A stretch of DNA of 64,000 bases, taken from the NCBI GenBank assembly GCA_965206595.1, contig OZ242214.1, positions 6,080,001 to 6,144,000 on the forward strand, written 5' to 3'. Under the pieces are notes generated by a model. The model searched no databases. It had not been told where the DNA came from and worked only from the letters and a program-made list of their open reading frames with translations. Every line of letters begins with the position of its first letter. Within the stretch, counting starts at the first letter, position 1. The DNA is from Candidatus Latescibacterota bacterium. Its GTDB lineage: Bacteria > Latescibacterota > UBA2968 > UBA8231. Of this stretch, positions 9,302 through 19,276 are shown in pieces. The translations under genes were made by a program, and so were the position numbers.

Positions 9302-10612
9302 CTACAGGTAGGAGTTGATGATGTTCTCCAGCATCTCCTCGCGGCCGCTCCGTTTCTCCGGCTCCCCCCTCTGCAGGACATAGCTCTCCATTTCGGAGAA
9401 GTCCGTCTTTCCGGCGGCGATCTTCCTGCCGATGCCGGACAGGTAGGACTTGTAGCGCTCCTTGATGAAGTCGCCGACGACTCCGTCCTCGATGATTCGG
9501 TGGGCGATCTTCAGGCCGCGGGCGAAGCTGTCCATGCCCCCGATGTGGGCGTGGAAGAGGTCGACCGGGTCGAAGGAACCGCGCCGCACTTTGGCGTCGA
9601 AGTTGATCCCTCCCGGGCGGATGCCCCCGTACTTCAGGATCACCATCATCGCGTAGGTCGTGCCGTAGAGATCGGTGGGGAACTGGTCGGTGTCCCACCC
9701 CAGGAGCAGATCTCCGCGGTTGGCGTCGATGCTGCCGAGCATGGCGTCGGCCGCGGCCACGGTTAGGTCGTGCTCGAAGGTGTGCCCCGCCAGGGTCGCG
9801 TGGTTGGCCTCGAGGTTGAGCTTGAACTGATCCTGAAGTCCGTACTTGCGCAGGAATCCGAGCACCGTGGCGGCGTCGTAGTCGTACTGGTGCTTGGTCG
9901 GCTCCTTCGGCTTGGGTTCGACCAGCAAGGTGCCGCGAAATCCGATCTCCTTCTTGTAGTCGGCAGCCATCCCGAGGAAGCGCGCCATGTTGTCCTGCTC
10001 GCGGGCCATGTCGGTGTTGAGAAGGCTGGAGTAGCCTTCGCGTCCCCCCCAGAAGACGTAGTTGGCGCCGCCGAGCTCCTTGGTCAGTTCCATCGCCTTC
10101 TTCACCTGGGCGGCGGCGTAGGCGAAGACGTGGGCGTCGGGGTTGGTCGCCGCCCCGTGGGTGAAGCGCGGATGCGAGAACATGTTCGACGTTCCCCAGA
10201 GCAGCTTCACCCCGGTGTCCCGCTGCAGCTGCTTTGCCAGGGCGACGATGCGGTCCAGCCGCTTGTTGGTCTCGGCGAGGCGGTCCGCTTCGGGAGCGAT
10301 GTCGCGGTCGTGCCAGGCGTAGAACGGCGCCCCGAGCTTGGTGAACATCTCGAAGGCGGCCCGCATCGTGTCCTCCGCCCGCTGCATGGGATCGGAGGCC
10401 TCGTCCCAGGGGCGGTCGTAGACCGGACCGCCGAACGGGTCGGCGCCCGTCCCCTTGAAGGTGTGCCAGAAGACGACGGAGAAACGCAGGTGTTCGGCCA
10501 TCGTCTTCCTGCCGACCTGCTCCTCGGGGTCGTACTGCTTGAAGGCCAGCGGGTTTTTAGAATCCGGGCCCTCGTAGCGAATCTGCGGAATCCCCTTGAA
10601 GTACTCTTCCAT
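9302..10612 (-). CDS. xylA: Xylose isomerase (class II)
   Basis: [33 protein letters not shown] and NFDAK motifs. Confidence 0.97.
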   Translation of the reverse strand: MEEYFKGIPQIRYEGPDSKNPLAFKQYDPEEQVGRKTMAEHLRFSVVFWHTFKGTGADPFGGPVYDRPWDEASDPMQRAEDTMRAAFEMFTKLGAPFYAWHDRDIAPEADRLAETNKRLDRIVALAKQLQRDTGVKLLWGTSNMFSHPRFTHGAATNPDAHVFAYAAAQVKKAMELTKELGGANYVFWGGREGYSSLLNTDMAREQDNMARFLGMAADYKKEIGFRGTLLVEPKPKEPTKHQYDYDAATVLGFLRKYGLQDQFKLNLEANHATLAGHTFEHDLTVAAADAMLGSIDANRGDLLLGWDTDQFPTDLYGTTYAMMVILKYGGIRPGGINFDAKVRRGSFDPVDLFHAHIGGMDSFARGLKIAHRIIEDGVVGDFIKERYKSYLSGIGRKIAAGKTDFSEMESYVLQRGEPEKRSGREEMLENIINSYL

Positions 10613-10789
10613 TTAAATGGTCTCCCTGGTGGAGGTGTGCTCGGTTGCCGTCGGGCGAGGCGGATTTAGTGTAACGCGGATGAATCGAGCGGGCGAGGCG
10701 TTACCGCTTGCCAGAGCCATGGAGGGGTTCGGAATCGAGGCGGGGCCGGTTGTCGGGAGGATCGAGGGAAGCACGGTGCCGGCGGCCGT

Positions 10790-11566
10790 TCACTCCGGCG
10801 TCACGTAGGCGGCCGAGATGCCGCCGTCCACCGTGAACGAGGTGCCGGTGACGAAAGAGGACTCGTCCGAGGCGAGGAAGACCACGGCGTCGGCGATCTC
10901 TTCGGCTTCGCCGAACCTCCCCATCGGAATGTGAACCAGACGCCGCTGCCGTTTCTCCTCGGTGTCCAGGTACTTCATCAGCAATTCGGTCCGCAGCGGG
11001 CCCGGGCACAGGGCGTTGACGCGGATGTTGTCGCGGGCGTGGACGACCGCCAACTCGCGGCTCAGGGCCAGAACGCCCCCTTTGCTCGCCGTGTAGGCTA
11101 TCTGCGGTGTGGCCGCGCCCAGCAGGGCGACGAACGAGGCGGTGTTTATCACCGACCCGCCGCCCGCTCGCTGCAGCGCCGGGATGCCGTACTTGCAGCC
11201 CAGGAAAACGCCCTTGAGGTTGACGTTCATCGTCTGCTCCCAGACCGCCTCGTCGGTGTCGACGGCGCCGCCATCCTCCAGGTGGGAGATGCCGGCGTTG
11301 TTGAACAGAATGTCGAGGCGCCCGAAGGCATCCTCTGCCGCGGCGATCATCCGCCGGCAGTCCCGCGCCTCGGAAACGTCGGCGCGCGTGAAGAATGCGC
11401 GTCCACCGGCCTCGCCGGCGATCATGGCCGCGGTTTCGGGGCCGGCCCGATCGTCGATGTCGACGGCGGCAACCGCCGCCCCTTCACGTGCGCAGCGCAG
11501 CGCGGTCTGGCGGCCGATACCGCTGCCCGCCCCGGTGATCAGTGCCGATTTTCCGGCCAGTCTCAT
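10790..11566 (-). CDS. Short-chain dehydrogenase/reductase
   Basis: TGAGSGIG, NNAG and YTASK motifs. Confidence 0.92.
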   Translation of the reverse strand: MRLAGKSALITGAGSGIGRQTALRCAREGAAVAAVDIDDRAGPETAAMIAGEAGGRAFFTRADVSEARDCRRMIAAAEDAFGRLDILFNNAGISHLEDGGAVDTDEAVWEQTMNVNLKGVFLGCKYGIPALQRAGGGSVINTASFVALLGAATPQIAYTASKGGVLALSRELAVVHARDNIRVNALCPGPLRTELLMKYLDTEEKRQRRLVHIPMGRFGEAEEIADAVVFLASDESSFVTGTSFTVDGGISAAYVTPE

Positions 11567-11725
11567 GCGAAAATACCCGCTTCCTCTTCAGTGATTTCCA
11601 GGGACGGCAAACTTTAGCCCCCGGGACTGGGAGGCGCAAGCAGTTTACTCGACTCGAAGCCCGGGTGAAATTTTGCCTGAGGAATCAAACGACCCATTCT
11701 GGAAACCATCGGCGGGAGTGCGCTC

Positions 11726-13003
11726 ATGGACAGAGACACGGCCTTCGAAATGGCCACCTCCAACATCCGCTACGGCCGCGGGATCACCGCGGAGGTCGGC
11801 ATGGACCTGGTCGACATGGGGGTCGGAAATGTGATGGTGGTCACCGACCCGGTGCTCGCCTCCCTGTCACCGGTCGCCACTCTCCTGGCCGCCCTCGAGG
11901 ACAGCGGCGTGCGCTTTCAGCTTTTCGACCGCGTTCGCGTCGAGCCGACCGACCGCTCGTTCAAGGAGGCGATCGACTTCGCCGTGGCCGGCGGCTTCGA
12001 CGGTTTCGTCGCTGTCGGCGGCGGCTCGACCATCGACACGGCGAAGGCGGCCAACCTCTACGACTCCCATCCTGCCGACTTCCTCGACTACGTCAACGCG
12101 CCGATCGGCAAGGGGCTTCCGGCCCCTGGCCCCCTGAAACCGCTGATCGCGATCCCGACGACGGCCGGAACCGGCAGCGAAACGACCGGAGTCGCGATTT
12201 TCGACTTCACCGAGATGAAGGCGAAGACCGGCATCGCTCATCGCCGTCTGAAACCGGCGCTGGCGCTCGTCGATCCGGAAAATACCCGCACCCTGCCCCC
12301 GGCGGTGGCGGCGGCCACCGGCCTCGACGTGCTCAGCCACGCTCTCGAGTCGTACACCGCGATCCCGTTCGACGAGCGCCCGCGTCCGTCGCGGCCGGTG
12401 TTGCGGCCTTCCTACCAGGGAGCGAACCCGATCAGCGACATATGGGCCCTGGAGTCGCTGGCCATGGTCGCCGAGTTCCTTCCCCGGGCCGTCGGCGACC
12501 CCGGAGATGAAGAGGCGCGGGGGCAGATGCTGCTCGCCGCCTCGTATGCCGGCATGGGTTTCGGCAATGCCGGCGTCCACCTGCCGCACGGGATGTCGTA
12601 CCCCGTCGCCGGCATGGTCCGCGACTACATGCCGCCGGGATACGAGACCGGCCACCCTCTCGTGCCGCACGGGGTCGCGGTGATCGTCAACGCCCCGGCG
12701 GTGTTCCGCTTTACGGCGAGCTCCAGCCCGCAGCGGCATCTCGAAGCGGCCGCGGTGCTCGGCGCCGATACGGAAGGCGCCGGGGCGGCCGAGGCCGGTG
12801 ACCTGCTCGCCGACTGCATCGTCGACTTCATGCGGTGCCTCGACATTCCCAACGGCTTGCGGGCACTCGGGTACGACGCCAGCGACATCCCCGCCCTTGT
12901 GGAGGGGACCCTGCCCCAGCACCGGGTCACCAAACTTTCGCCGAGACCTGCCGGCGAAACGGAGCTGCGGCAGTTGTTCGAAGAGGCGCTCGAGTACTGG
13001 TAG
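11726..13003 (+). CDS. Hydroxyacid-oxoacid transhydrogenase (iron-containing ADH family)
   Basis: GGGSTID, DYVNAPIGKG, PTTAGTGSE, YQGANPISD and GNAGVHLPHGMSY motifs. Confidence 0.9.
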   Translation: MDRDTAFEMATSNIRYGRGITAEVGMDLVDMGVGNVMVVTDPVLASLSPVATLLAALEDSGVRFQLFDRVRVEPTDRSFKEAIDFAVAGGFDGFVAVGGGSTIDTAKAANLYDSHPADFLDYVNAPIGKGLPAPGPLKPLIAIPTTAGTGSETTGVAIFDFTEMKAKTGIAHRRLKPALALVDPENTRTLPPAVAAATGLDVLSHALESYTAIPFDERPRPSRPVLRPSYQGANPISDIWALESLAMVAEFLPRAVGDPGDEEARGQMLLAASYAGMGFGNAGVHLPHGMSYPVAGMVRDYMPPGYETGHPLVPHGVAVIVNAPAVFRFTASSSPQRHLEAAAVLGADTEGAGAAEAGDLLADCIVDFMRCLDIPNGLRALGYDASDIPALVEGTLPQHRVTKLSPRPAGETELRQLFEEALEYW

Positions 13004-13110
13004 AAGCGAGGGCCGCGCCGCCGGAACGAGAACCACAGGCCTGATCTTCCGTGGTCTCTTTCAGGATCCCAGGGGAGATGTCCGCCGCCCAGGGAAATAC
13101 CCGGGGCAGG

Positions 13111-13839
13111 TCAGGCTCGGGAGCCCGCGGTGACGAGACCCGCCCACTGGGTGAAAACCGAGCGGCCGATCCGGTGCAGCGCCGGCAGGTGGTTTCCGGT
13201 CGAGGCGCGGATCTCTTCGCCATCGAGATGTGCGTCGCGGAGCTCCTCGGCGAACACGTCCGTCCACTCGGCAACCGAGCTTGCCGACAACTCCATGTGA
13301 AACAGGATGCCGTAGGCGCCGCGGCCGTGCGCGAAGGCCTGGTTTTCGGTGACCTGCGACGATGCCAGCCGCACCGCTTCCCGCGGCAGCTCGAACTGAT
13401 CGCCGTGCCAGTGCAGGGCCGTGAACCGCCTGCCGAACTCGGCGCAGCCCGGTGACCAGACGGGATCGCCGGCCGCGGTTTCCTCCAGGGTCACATCGTA
13501 CCAGCCGATCTCCTTCTGCGGGCCCGGGTAGACCTTCGCACCCAGCACCGCGGCAAGCAGCTGGCTCCCCAGGCAGACCCCCAGGACCGGGCGCTCCTCT
13601 TTCAGGGCATTCTCGATCAAACGCATCTCGTTGCTCAGGTGGGGGTAGCGCTGCTGTTCGTACACCCCCATCGGACCGCCCATGACGATCAGTCCGGCGG
13701 CGCCTTCCATTTCATGGGGAACCGGTTCTTCTTCGAAAACCTTGACATGCCGCGGCCTGAGACCGCTGCCGGCAAACACTGCCTCGATGATTCCCAGCGT
13801 TTCGCAGTGAACGTGTTGGATGGCTATGACGTCGGTCAC
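13111..13839 (-). CDS. Class I glutamine amidotransferase
   Basis: IQHV, MGGPMG, GVCLGSQL, WHGD and FHME motifs; GTG start overlaps the murB stop. Confidence 0.88.
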   Translation of the reverse strand: MTDVIAIQHVHCETLGIIEAVFAGSGLRPRHVKVFEEEPVPHEMEGAAGLIVMGGPMGVYEQQRYPHLSNEMRLIENALKEERPVLGVCLGSQLLAAVLGAKVYPGPQKEIGWYDVTLEETAAGDPVWSPGCAEFGRRFTALHWHGDQFELPREAVRLASSQVTENQAFAHGRGAYGILFHMELSASSVAEWTDVFAEELRDAHLDGEEIRASTGNHLPALHRIGRSVFTQWAGLVTAGSRA

Positions 13840-14936
13840 TTTACGTCTCCTTCCGGGGAGAGGACGACCGGCTCGCGCTCGAGACGGATGCCGAACCGGT
13901 CCTCCACCTGTTGTTGAATCGCGGCGGCCAGCTTCAGCACGTCGGCGCTGCCGCCGCTTCGATTGACCAGGGCCAGGGCGTGGTTCTCGGAGATGGCCGC
14001 CCCCCCAAGGCGTTGGCCCTTGCGGAACCCGGCGCGCTCGACGAGCCAGGCGGCAGGAACCTTGTGCCCGCCAGGGTCGGGAAAGACCGGGATCGACCCC
14101 TCCTTCCCGGAGGGTCCGGCGGGGCAACGGCGGCGCAGATCGGAGAGCTCCGTTTCGCTGAGCACCGGGTTGAGAAAGAACGAGCCGACGGAGCGGGTAT
14201 TGGGATCGCCGGGATCGAGCACCATCGACTTGCTTCGCCTCAGCTCGAGCACCGCCGCCCTCACCGCGGACGAGGCAGGCTCCCCGGGCTCGAGATCGTC
14301 GAGGCCGCCGCGGCGGGCGAGGCAGTCGCTCAACTCCCGGTAGCGCAGTTCCGGCAGGACTCTTTCCTCGAGACAAAAAACCACCTCCGTTATGACGAAG
14401 CAGTCGCGGTCCTCGCTTTTGAAGCGGCTGTTGCGGTAGCGGAAACCACACTGCCGGTTGGCGAATTCCACCTTCCGCAGGGTGCGGCGGTCGATGGCGC
14501 GCACCGCAGCGATGGTGCCGGCGACCTCCTGGCCGTAGGCGCCGACGTTCTGCATCGGCGCCGCCCCTGTCATTCCCGGGATTCCCGAAAGGCACTCGAT
14601 ACCGGAAAGATTGCGGGCGATGCACCTGCGGACGAGATCGTCCCAGTCTTCTCCCGCAAAAGCGCTCACCTCGACTGTTGCGCCGCTTTCGTCGAAGCGG
14701 ACGCCCTGCAGCTCGAGCTTCAGAACGAGTCCGCGGTACCCGTTGTCGTCGAAGATGGTGTTGCTGCCGCCGCCGAGGACCTGCACCGGCAACCGTCGCC
14801 CGGCCGCCCAGTCGAGTGCGGTCCTGATTTCGTCCGCGGTTCTGCACCGGGCCAGATAGCGCGCCGGACCGCCGAGACGCATGGTGGTCATCGGCGACAG
14901 ATCGACCTGCTCTTCGATGATTTCGGGGGTGTCCAT
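13836..14936 (-). CDS. murB: UDP-N-acetylenolpyruvoylglucosamine reductase
   Basis: LGGGSN, GIPG, QNVGAYG, FRYRNS, GSFFLNP and HALALVN motifs. Confidence 0.95.
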   Translation of the reverse strand: MDTPEIIEEQVDLSPMTTMRLGGPARYLARCRTADEIRTALDWAAGRRLPVQVLGGGSNTIFDDNGYRGLVLKLELQGVRFDESGATVEVSAFAGEDWDDLVRRCIARNLSGIECLSGIPGMTGAAPMQNVGAYGQEVAGTIAAVRAIDRRTLRKVEFANRQCGFRYRNSRFKSEDRDCFVITEVVFCLEERVLPELRYRELSDCLARRGGLDDLEPGEPASSAVRAAVLELRRSKSMVLDPGDPNTRSVGSFFLNPVLSETELSDLRRRCPAGPSGKEGSIPVFPDPGGHKVPAAWLVERAGFRKGQRLGGAAISENHALALVNRSGGSADVLKLAAAIQQQVEDRFGIRLEREPVVLSPEGDVK

Positions 14937-15178
14937 CGGTAGATCGAAGAAACCGCAGCCGCTCCGGGCCGACAAGGGCGGAGGCGTGAAAACGGGTTGG
15001 ACATGGGGGAAGTAAAGCATTTGTTTTCAACGGTTTGCGCCGCCCCCGTAAACGACGCGGGTCGAGCCACCGGAAGCGGCGGCGCGATGAAGAGAGCCGG
15101 GGAATTGCATGCCAGCTCCGCAAACCCGGGTAGTCAAGGTCGAAGCGATTCAGGAATCCAGATAGATCCGAAACACCG

Positions 15179-16489
15179 ATGCAGACTTCCATCTCCCCAG
15201 AGCTGAAGAACGATCCGGACGTTCAGGTTTCCGAAGAGGCGTTGCGCACCTGCGTGCACTGCGGGTTCTGCAACGCCACCTGTCCCACCTATCTCCTGAC
15301 CGGAAACGAGCTCGAGGGACCGCGCGGCCGCATCTACCTGATCAAGAGCATGCTCGAAGGCAGGATCGCCCCGACGGAAAGCACCGTCGAGCATATCGAC
15401 AACTGCCTCGCCTGCCTCGCTTGTGAGACCACCTGTCCCAGCGGCGTGGTCTATTCCCACCTCCTCGAAGATGCGCGGCCGCGGCTGGAGAAACTCCACC
15501 GGAGGGATTGGGTCGACCGCCTGATGCGTGCCGTGCTGACCCGGTTGCTCCCCTGGCCCGGGCGATTCCGGTGGGCGCTTCGGATGGCCGTCATCGGCAG
15601 GCGGGCGGCTTTCCTGGTGCCGCGGCGTTTTCGCCACCTGACGGCGATGGCCCCGCGCTCGTTGCCCGCCCCTTCCCGCCTGGCGACTCCGGGGGTGAAG
15701 CCCGCCTCGGGTGCTCGCATGCGGGCAGCCCTTCTCACCGGCTGCGCCCAGCAGGTGCTCGGCCCGCAGATCAACGACGCGACGATTCGGCTGCTCACCC
15801 GCCGCGGCGTCGAAGTCGTGGTGCCGGAAGCGATGGGTTGCTGCGGCGCCCTGACCTACCACATCGGCGAACGCCGGCACAGCCTGCGGATGATGCGGCG
15901 CAACATCGAGGCCTGGTACCGCGAGCTGCGGGGAGCCGGGCTCGACGCCATCGTGCTAAACACCTCAGGCTGCGGGACCGCGGTTCGGGAGTACGCCCAT
16001 ATCTTCCGCAACGACCCGGAGTGGGCGGAGAAAGCCGCGGCCGTCACCCCGCTGGTGCGCGACGTTTCCGAGGTGGTCAGCGAGATCGGGCTGGGGGAAG
16101 TCGCCAAGCTGCCGCGGCTCCGCGTCGCCTATCACGACGCCTGCTCGCTGCAGCACGGCCAGAAGATCGTCGCGCCTCCGCGCGAACTGCTGAGCGCCGC
16201 CGGTTTCGAGGTGGTCGAGGTTCCCGAGTCCCACATTTGCTGCGGCAGCGCCGGTACCTACAACCTGCTGCGCCCGGAGTTGGCGAATCAGCTGCGCGAG
16301 CGCAAGGGCGCAAATATCCGGAGCATCGAACCGGAGCTGGTCGCCGCGGGGAATATCGGCTGCATCGAACAGATCGCGTCCGCAGTCGACGTCCCGGTGG
16401 TGCACACGGTGGAGCTGCTCGACTGGGCAACGGGAGGTCCGAAGCCCGCGGCGATGGGCGCCTCTACAGGACCATCTCGACGCGACTGA
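15179..16489 (+). CDS. glcF: Glycolate oxidase iron-sulfur subunit
   Basis: CVHCGFCNATCPTY, CLACLACETTCPSGV, two CCG domains, CCGSAGTYN. Confidence 0.92.
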   Translation: MQTSISPELKNDPDVQVSEEALRTCVHCGFCNATCPTYLLTGNELEGPRGRIYLIKSMLEGRIAPTESTVEHIDNCLACLACETTCPSGVVYSHLLEDARPRLEKLHRRDWVDRLMRAVLTRLLPWPGRFRWALRMAVIGRRAAFLVPRRFRHLTAMAPRSLPAPSRLATPGVKPASGARMRAALLTGCAQQVLGPQINDATIRLLTRRGVEVVVPEAMGCCGALTYHIGERRHSLRMMRRNIEAWYRELRGAGLDAIVLNTSGCGTAVREYAHIFRNDPEWAEKAAAVTPLVRDVSEVVSEIGLGEVAKLPRLRVAYHDACSLQHGQKIVAPPRELLSAAGFEVVEVPESHICCGSAGTYNLLRPELANQLRERKGANIRSIEPELVAAGNIGCIEQIASAVDVPVVHTVELLDWATGGPKPAAMGASTGPSRRD

Positions 16490-17018
16490 GGCTCTTCTTG
16501 TCGAGATCGTTGAGGTTGGAGATCTCGAAGCGGTTGCCGTCGACGTCGATCATCAGCAAGCGGAAATCCCCCAGCCACTGGGCGTTCTCGGCGACATTCT
16601 GAACCACGAACTCGCGCCTTCCCCGGTTGGTATCCACGTCCCAGTACGAGGTCCCGAACTCGTGGCGCACCGAGTGCACGCGCTCGACCAGCGAGGTGAG
16701 GTAGCGGCGGTCGAGCTCCTCCTCGACAATGCGCCGGGTCTCGTCGTTCAGCTGGCCGAGGTCGTCGATCATGCAGACCTCCTCCTCCTTTGCGTCGAGG
16801 AAGGAGATGTAGCGGTCGGGATGCGTCAGCGGCGCCGCGCGGACGACCCTGATCCTGATATAGGAGCGGTCCTCTTCGATGGTCAGGCGCAGCTGCCACG
16901 GCGGCTCGCGAAAGAGGCGTACCCTGTCGACATCGACGCGCTCCGGGTGGGTCACCACAATCGGAGTTGCCGCCTGCTGCGGGTTGCCGTTGGCGCCTGT
17001 CGTTTTATCGTCGCTCAC
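16464..17018 (-). CDS. DUF1854 domain protein
   Basis: RAAPLTHPDRYIS, EELDRRY, WDVDTNRG and DVDGNRF pattern; directly downstream of ABC exporters. Confidence 0.8.
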   Translation of the reverse strand: MSDDKTTGANGNPQQAATPIVVTHPERVDVDRVRLFREPPWQLRLTIEEDRSYIRIRVVRAAPLTHPDRYISFLDAKEEEVCMIDDLGQLNDETRRIVEEELDRRYLTSLVERVHSVRHEFGTSYWDVDTNRGRREFVVQNVAENAQWLGDFRLLMIDVDGNRFEISNLNDLDKKSLSRVEMVL

Positions 17019-17032
17019 CAGTTCCCCTCCTC

Positions 17033-19276
17033 TCAGCCGCTGACGGCCATTATTGCGGTGGTTTCCTGCTGCGTCCTGACGAGGTTGTAGAAGAACCCTT
17101 TGCGCTCCATCAACTCGGTGTGGGTGCCAATCTCGACTACCTTGCCGTCGTCGAGCACCACCAGCCGGTCTGCGCTGCGCAGCGTCGACAGGCGGTGGGC
17201 AATGGCAAAGGTGGTGCGGCCCTCGATCAGGCGCGCGATGGCCTCCTGTATTTTGCCTTCGGTCTGCGAGTCGAGGGATGAGGTGGCCTCGTCGAGAATG
17301 AGGATGCGCGGATCGTGCAGGATGGCGCGCGCAATGGCTATGCGCTGTTTCTCGCCCCCCGACAGCTTGTCCCCCTGCTCTCCGACCACCATGTCGTAGC
17401 CGTCCGGCTTGGCGATGATGAATTCGTGGGCGTTGGCGGCGCGCGAGGCGCGCAGTACCTCGGCGAACGTCGCCCCCGGCTTGCCGTAACCGATGTTCTC
17501 GGCGATGGTGCCGTTGAACAGGAACGATTGCTGCGCCACCAGGCCGATCTGGCCTCGCAGATCCTCGAGTTTCATGTCGCGAATATCGACGCCGTCGATC
17601 ATCAGTGAGCCGCGGGTTGCGTCGTAGAAACGGCAGATCATGTTGATGAGGGTGCTCTTGCCGGCTCCCGATTTGCCGACCAGGCCGATCATCTCTCCCG
17701 GCTCGACGTCGAAATCGATGTTCTTCAGCACCCGCTTGCCGGCGTCGTACCCGAACGACAGGCCATCGAACCGGACGCGCCCCTCAAGCGAGGGCATCGG
17801 CAGCGCGTCGGGATCGCCGAACGGCTCGGTGCGGGAGTCGATGACCTCGAAAATGCGCTCGGCGCCGGCGTAGGCGCGCATCATGAAGCCGTAGAAATCG
17901 CCGAACCACTTCAGCGGCTGGTAGAGCATCCATAGGTAGGTGATGAAGGCGATCAACTCGCCGAGCGCCATCGTGCCTCCGAGAATCTGGCGGCCTCCGA
18001 AGTACCAGACGAAGAACACCCCGAAGCTCATGAAGAAGTTGGTGATCATGAAGAACACCACCCAGACCCGTTCGGCGGAGACCGTGACGGCGCGCAAGTC
18101 GTCGTTGCGGCGGTCGAAGCGCTGGCCCTCGCGGCGCTCCTGCGCAAAAGCCTTGACCACCCTGATGCCGCGAATCGATTCGTTCAGGTGGGAGGACAGG
18201 CGGCCCCACTGTGCCGACCAGCGCTGCCAGTACGACTCCATCCGTTTCCAGATCAGGCTGCTGCCGATGACGATGGGCGGAACCGGGAGCAGCACCCACA
18301 GGGTCAGCTCCCAGTTCTTGTAGAAAAGGAGCCCGAGGATCCCGATCACCATGAGGGCGTTGTTGAGGATATAGGGGAGGTCGAACAGCAGGTAGACTTC
18401 GACGAGATCGGCATCGTTCGACATTCTCGAAATCAGGGTGCCGACCTTGCGCTTGTCGTAGAACCGCAACGGCAGATACTGCAAGGCCCGGTAGAGATCG
18501 GAGCGCAGTTCCTCGATGGCGCGAAACCCTACCCAGCAGCCGAGCCACCGGCGGGTCACCCAGGTGACCCAGCCCATGATGTTGACGGCGAGCAGACCGG
18601 CGACCAGCCATCCCAGCAGACCCAGGTTGGATCTGGGGGTCAGGACGTCGTCGATGATGCGCTCGGTGATCAGGGGAGGCAGGAGGTCGAAGAACGCCTC
18701 GGTGGTGAGCACCAGCAACAGCAGCACGAGCCGGTTTTTGTAGACCATCATGTAGCGGATCAGCCGCCGCAGAGTCGCCAGCTTCTTCACGCACGCCGGA
18801 CAGACGCCGTCCTTTTCGGGAAGCACGCGGAGGCAGCGCTCGCAGCGGGTGCGCTCGACCGTCGTCGGCAGGGTGACGGTCCTGCCTTCGGCCAGCTGCT
18901 GAATCCCCTCGGCCACCTCGCCGAACCTGGTCGCCAGCGAGTTGGAGTAGTAGAGGAACTCCGGCTCCCCTTCCTTCCGCTCCACCTCCAGGCGTCCGCC
19001 GCCGACAAGGGCTTCGGCGCGCGCGGTTCTGACCGCTTCCACCGGTATCTGCACGGCCCCATCCCTGCCGTCGGCACCCAGGAAAACGACGCGCCTGTTG
19101 GTAACGACCAGCCAGCTTTCCCCGTACTGGTGCCGGCCCGACATGTCGGTGGCGACCTGGATGAGGACATGCTCTTCCGGGGAGGTGACTCTCCGCAGGT
19201 TGCGGTCGATCTCCTCTGGCAGGATCTCGACGAATGGGTTGGCCGTCTTTGTCGCAGCGGTGGTCACGGCAGTCAA
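17033..19276 (-). CDS. ABC exporter, fused TMD+NBD, with N-terminal extension and CxxC-CxxC
   Basis: GKSGAGKS, LSGGEKQR, ILDEAT and IAHRLST motifs; CERC...CPAC before the TMD. Confidence 0.93.
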   Translation of the reverse strand: MTAVTTAATKTANPFVEILPEEIDRNLRRVTSPEEHVLIQVATDMSGRHQYGESWLVVTNRRVVFLGADGRDGAVQIPVEAVRTARAEALVGGGRLEVERKEGEPEFLYYSNSLATRFGEVAEGIQQLAEGRTVTLPTTVERTRCERCLRVLPEKDGVCPACVKKLATLRRLIRYMMVYKNRLVLLLLVLTTEAFFDLLPPLITERIIDDVLTPRSNLGLLGWLVAGLLAVNIMGWVTWVTRRWLGCWVGFRAIEELRSDLYRALQYLPLRFYDKRKVGTLISRMSNDADLVEVYLLFDLPYILNNALMVIGILGLLFYKNWELTLWVLLPVPPIVIGSSLIWKRMESYWQRWSAQWGRLSSHLNESIRGIRVVKAFAQERREGQRFDRRNDDLRAVTVSAERVWVVFFMITNFFMSFGVFFVWYFGGRQILGGTMALGELIAFITYLWMLYQPLKWFGDFYGFMMRAYAGAERIFEVIDSRTEPFGDPDALPMPSLEGRVRFDGLSFGYDAGKRVLKNIDFDVEPGEMIGLVGKSGAGKSTLINMICRFYDATRGSLMIDGVDIRDMKLEDLRGQIGLVAQQSFLFNGTIAENIGYGKPGATFAEVLRASRAANAHEFIIAKPDGYDMVVGEQGDKLSGGEKQRIAIARAILHDPRILILDEATSSLDSQTEGKIQEAIARLIEGRTTFAIAHRLSTLRSADRLVVLDDGKVVEIGTHTELMERKGFFYNLVRTQQETTAIMAVSG

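Noticed and set aside
13111-15192. 693-aa ORF as a MurB-GATase fusion
   Set aside because: Only the last 242 aa are GATase; the rest is an off-frame overlap of murB
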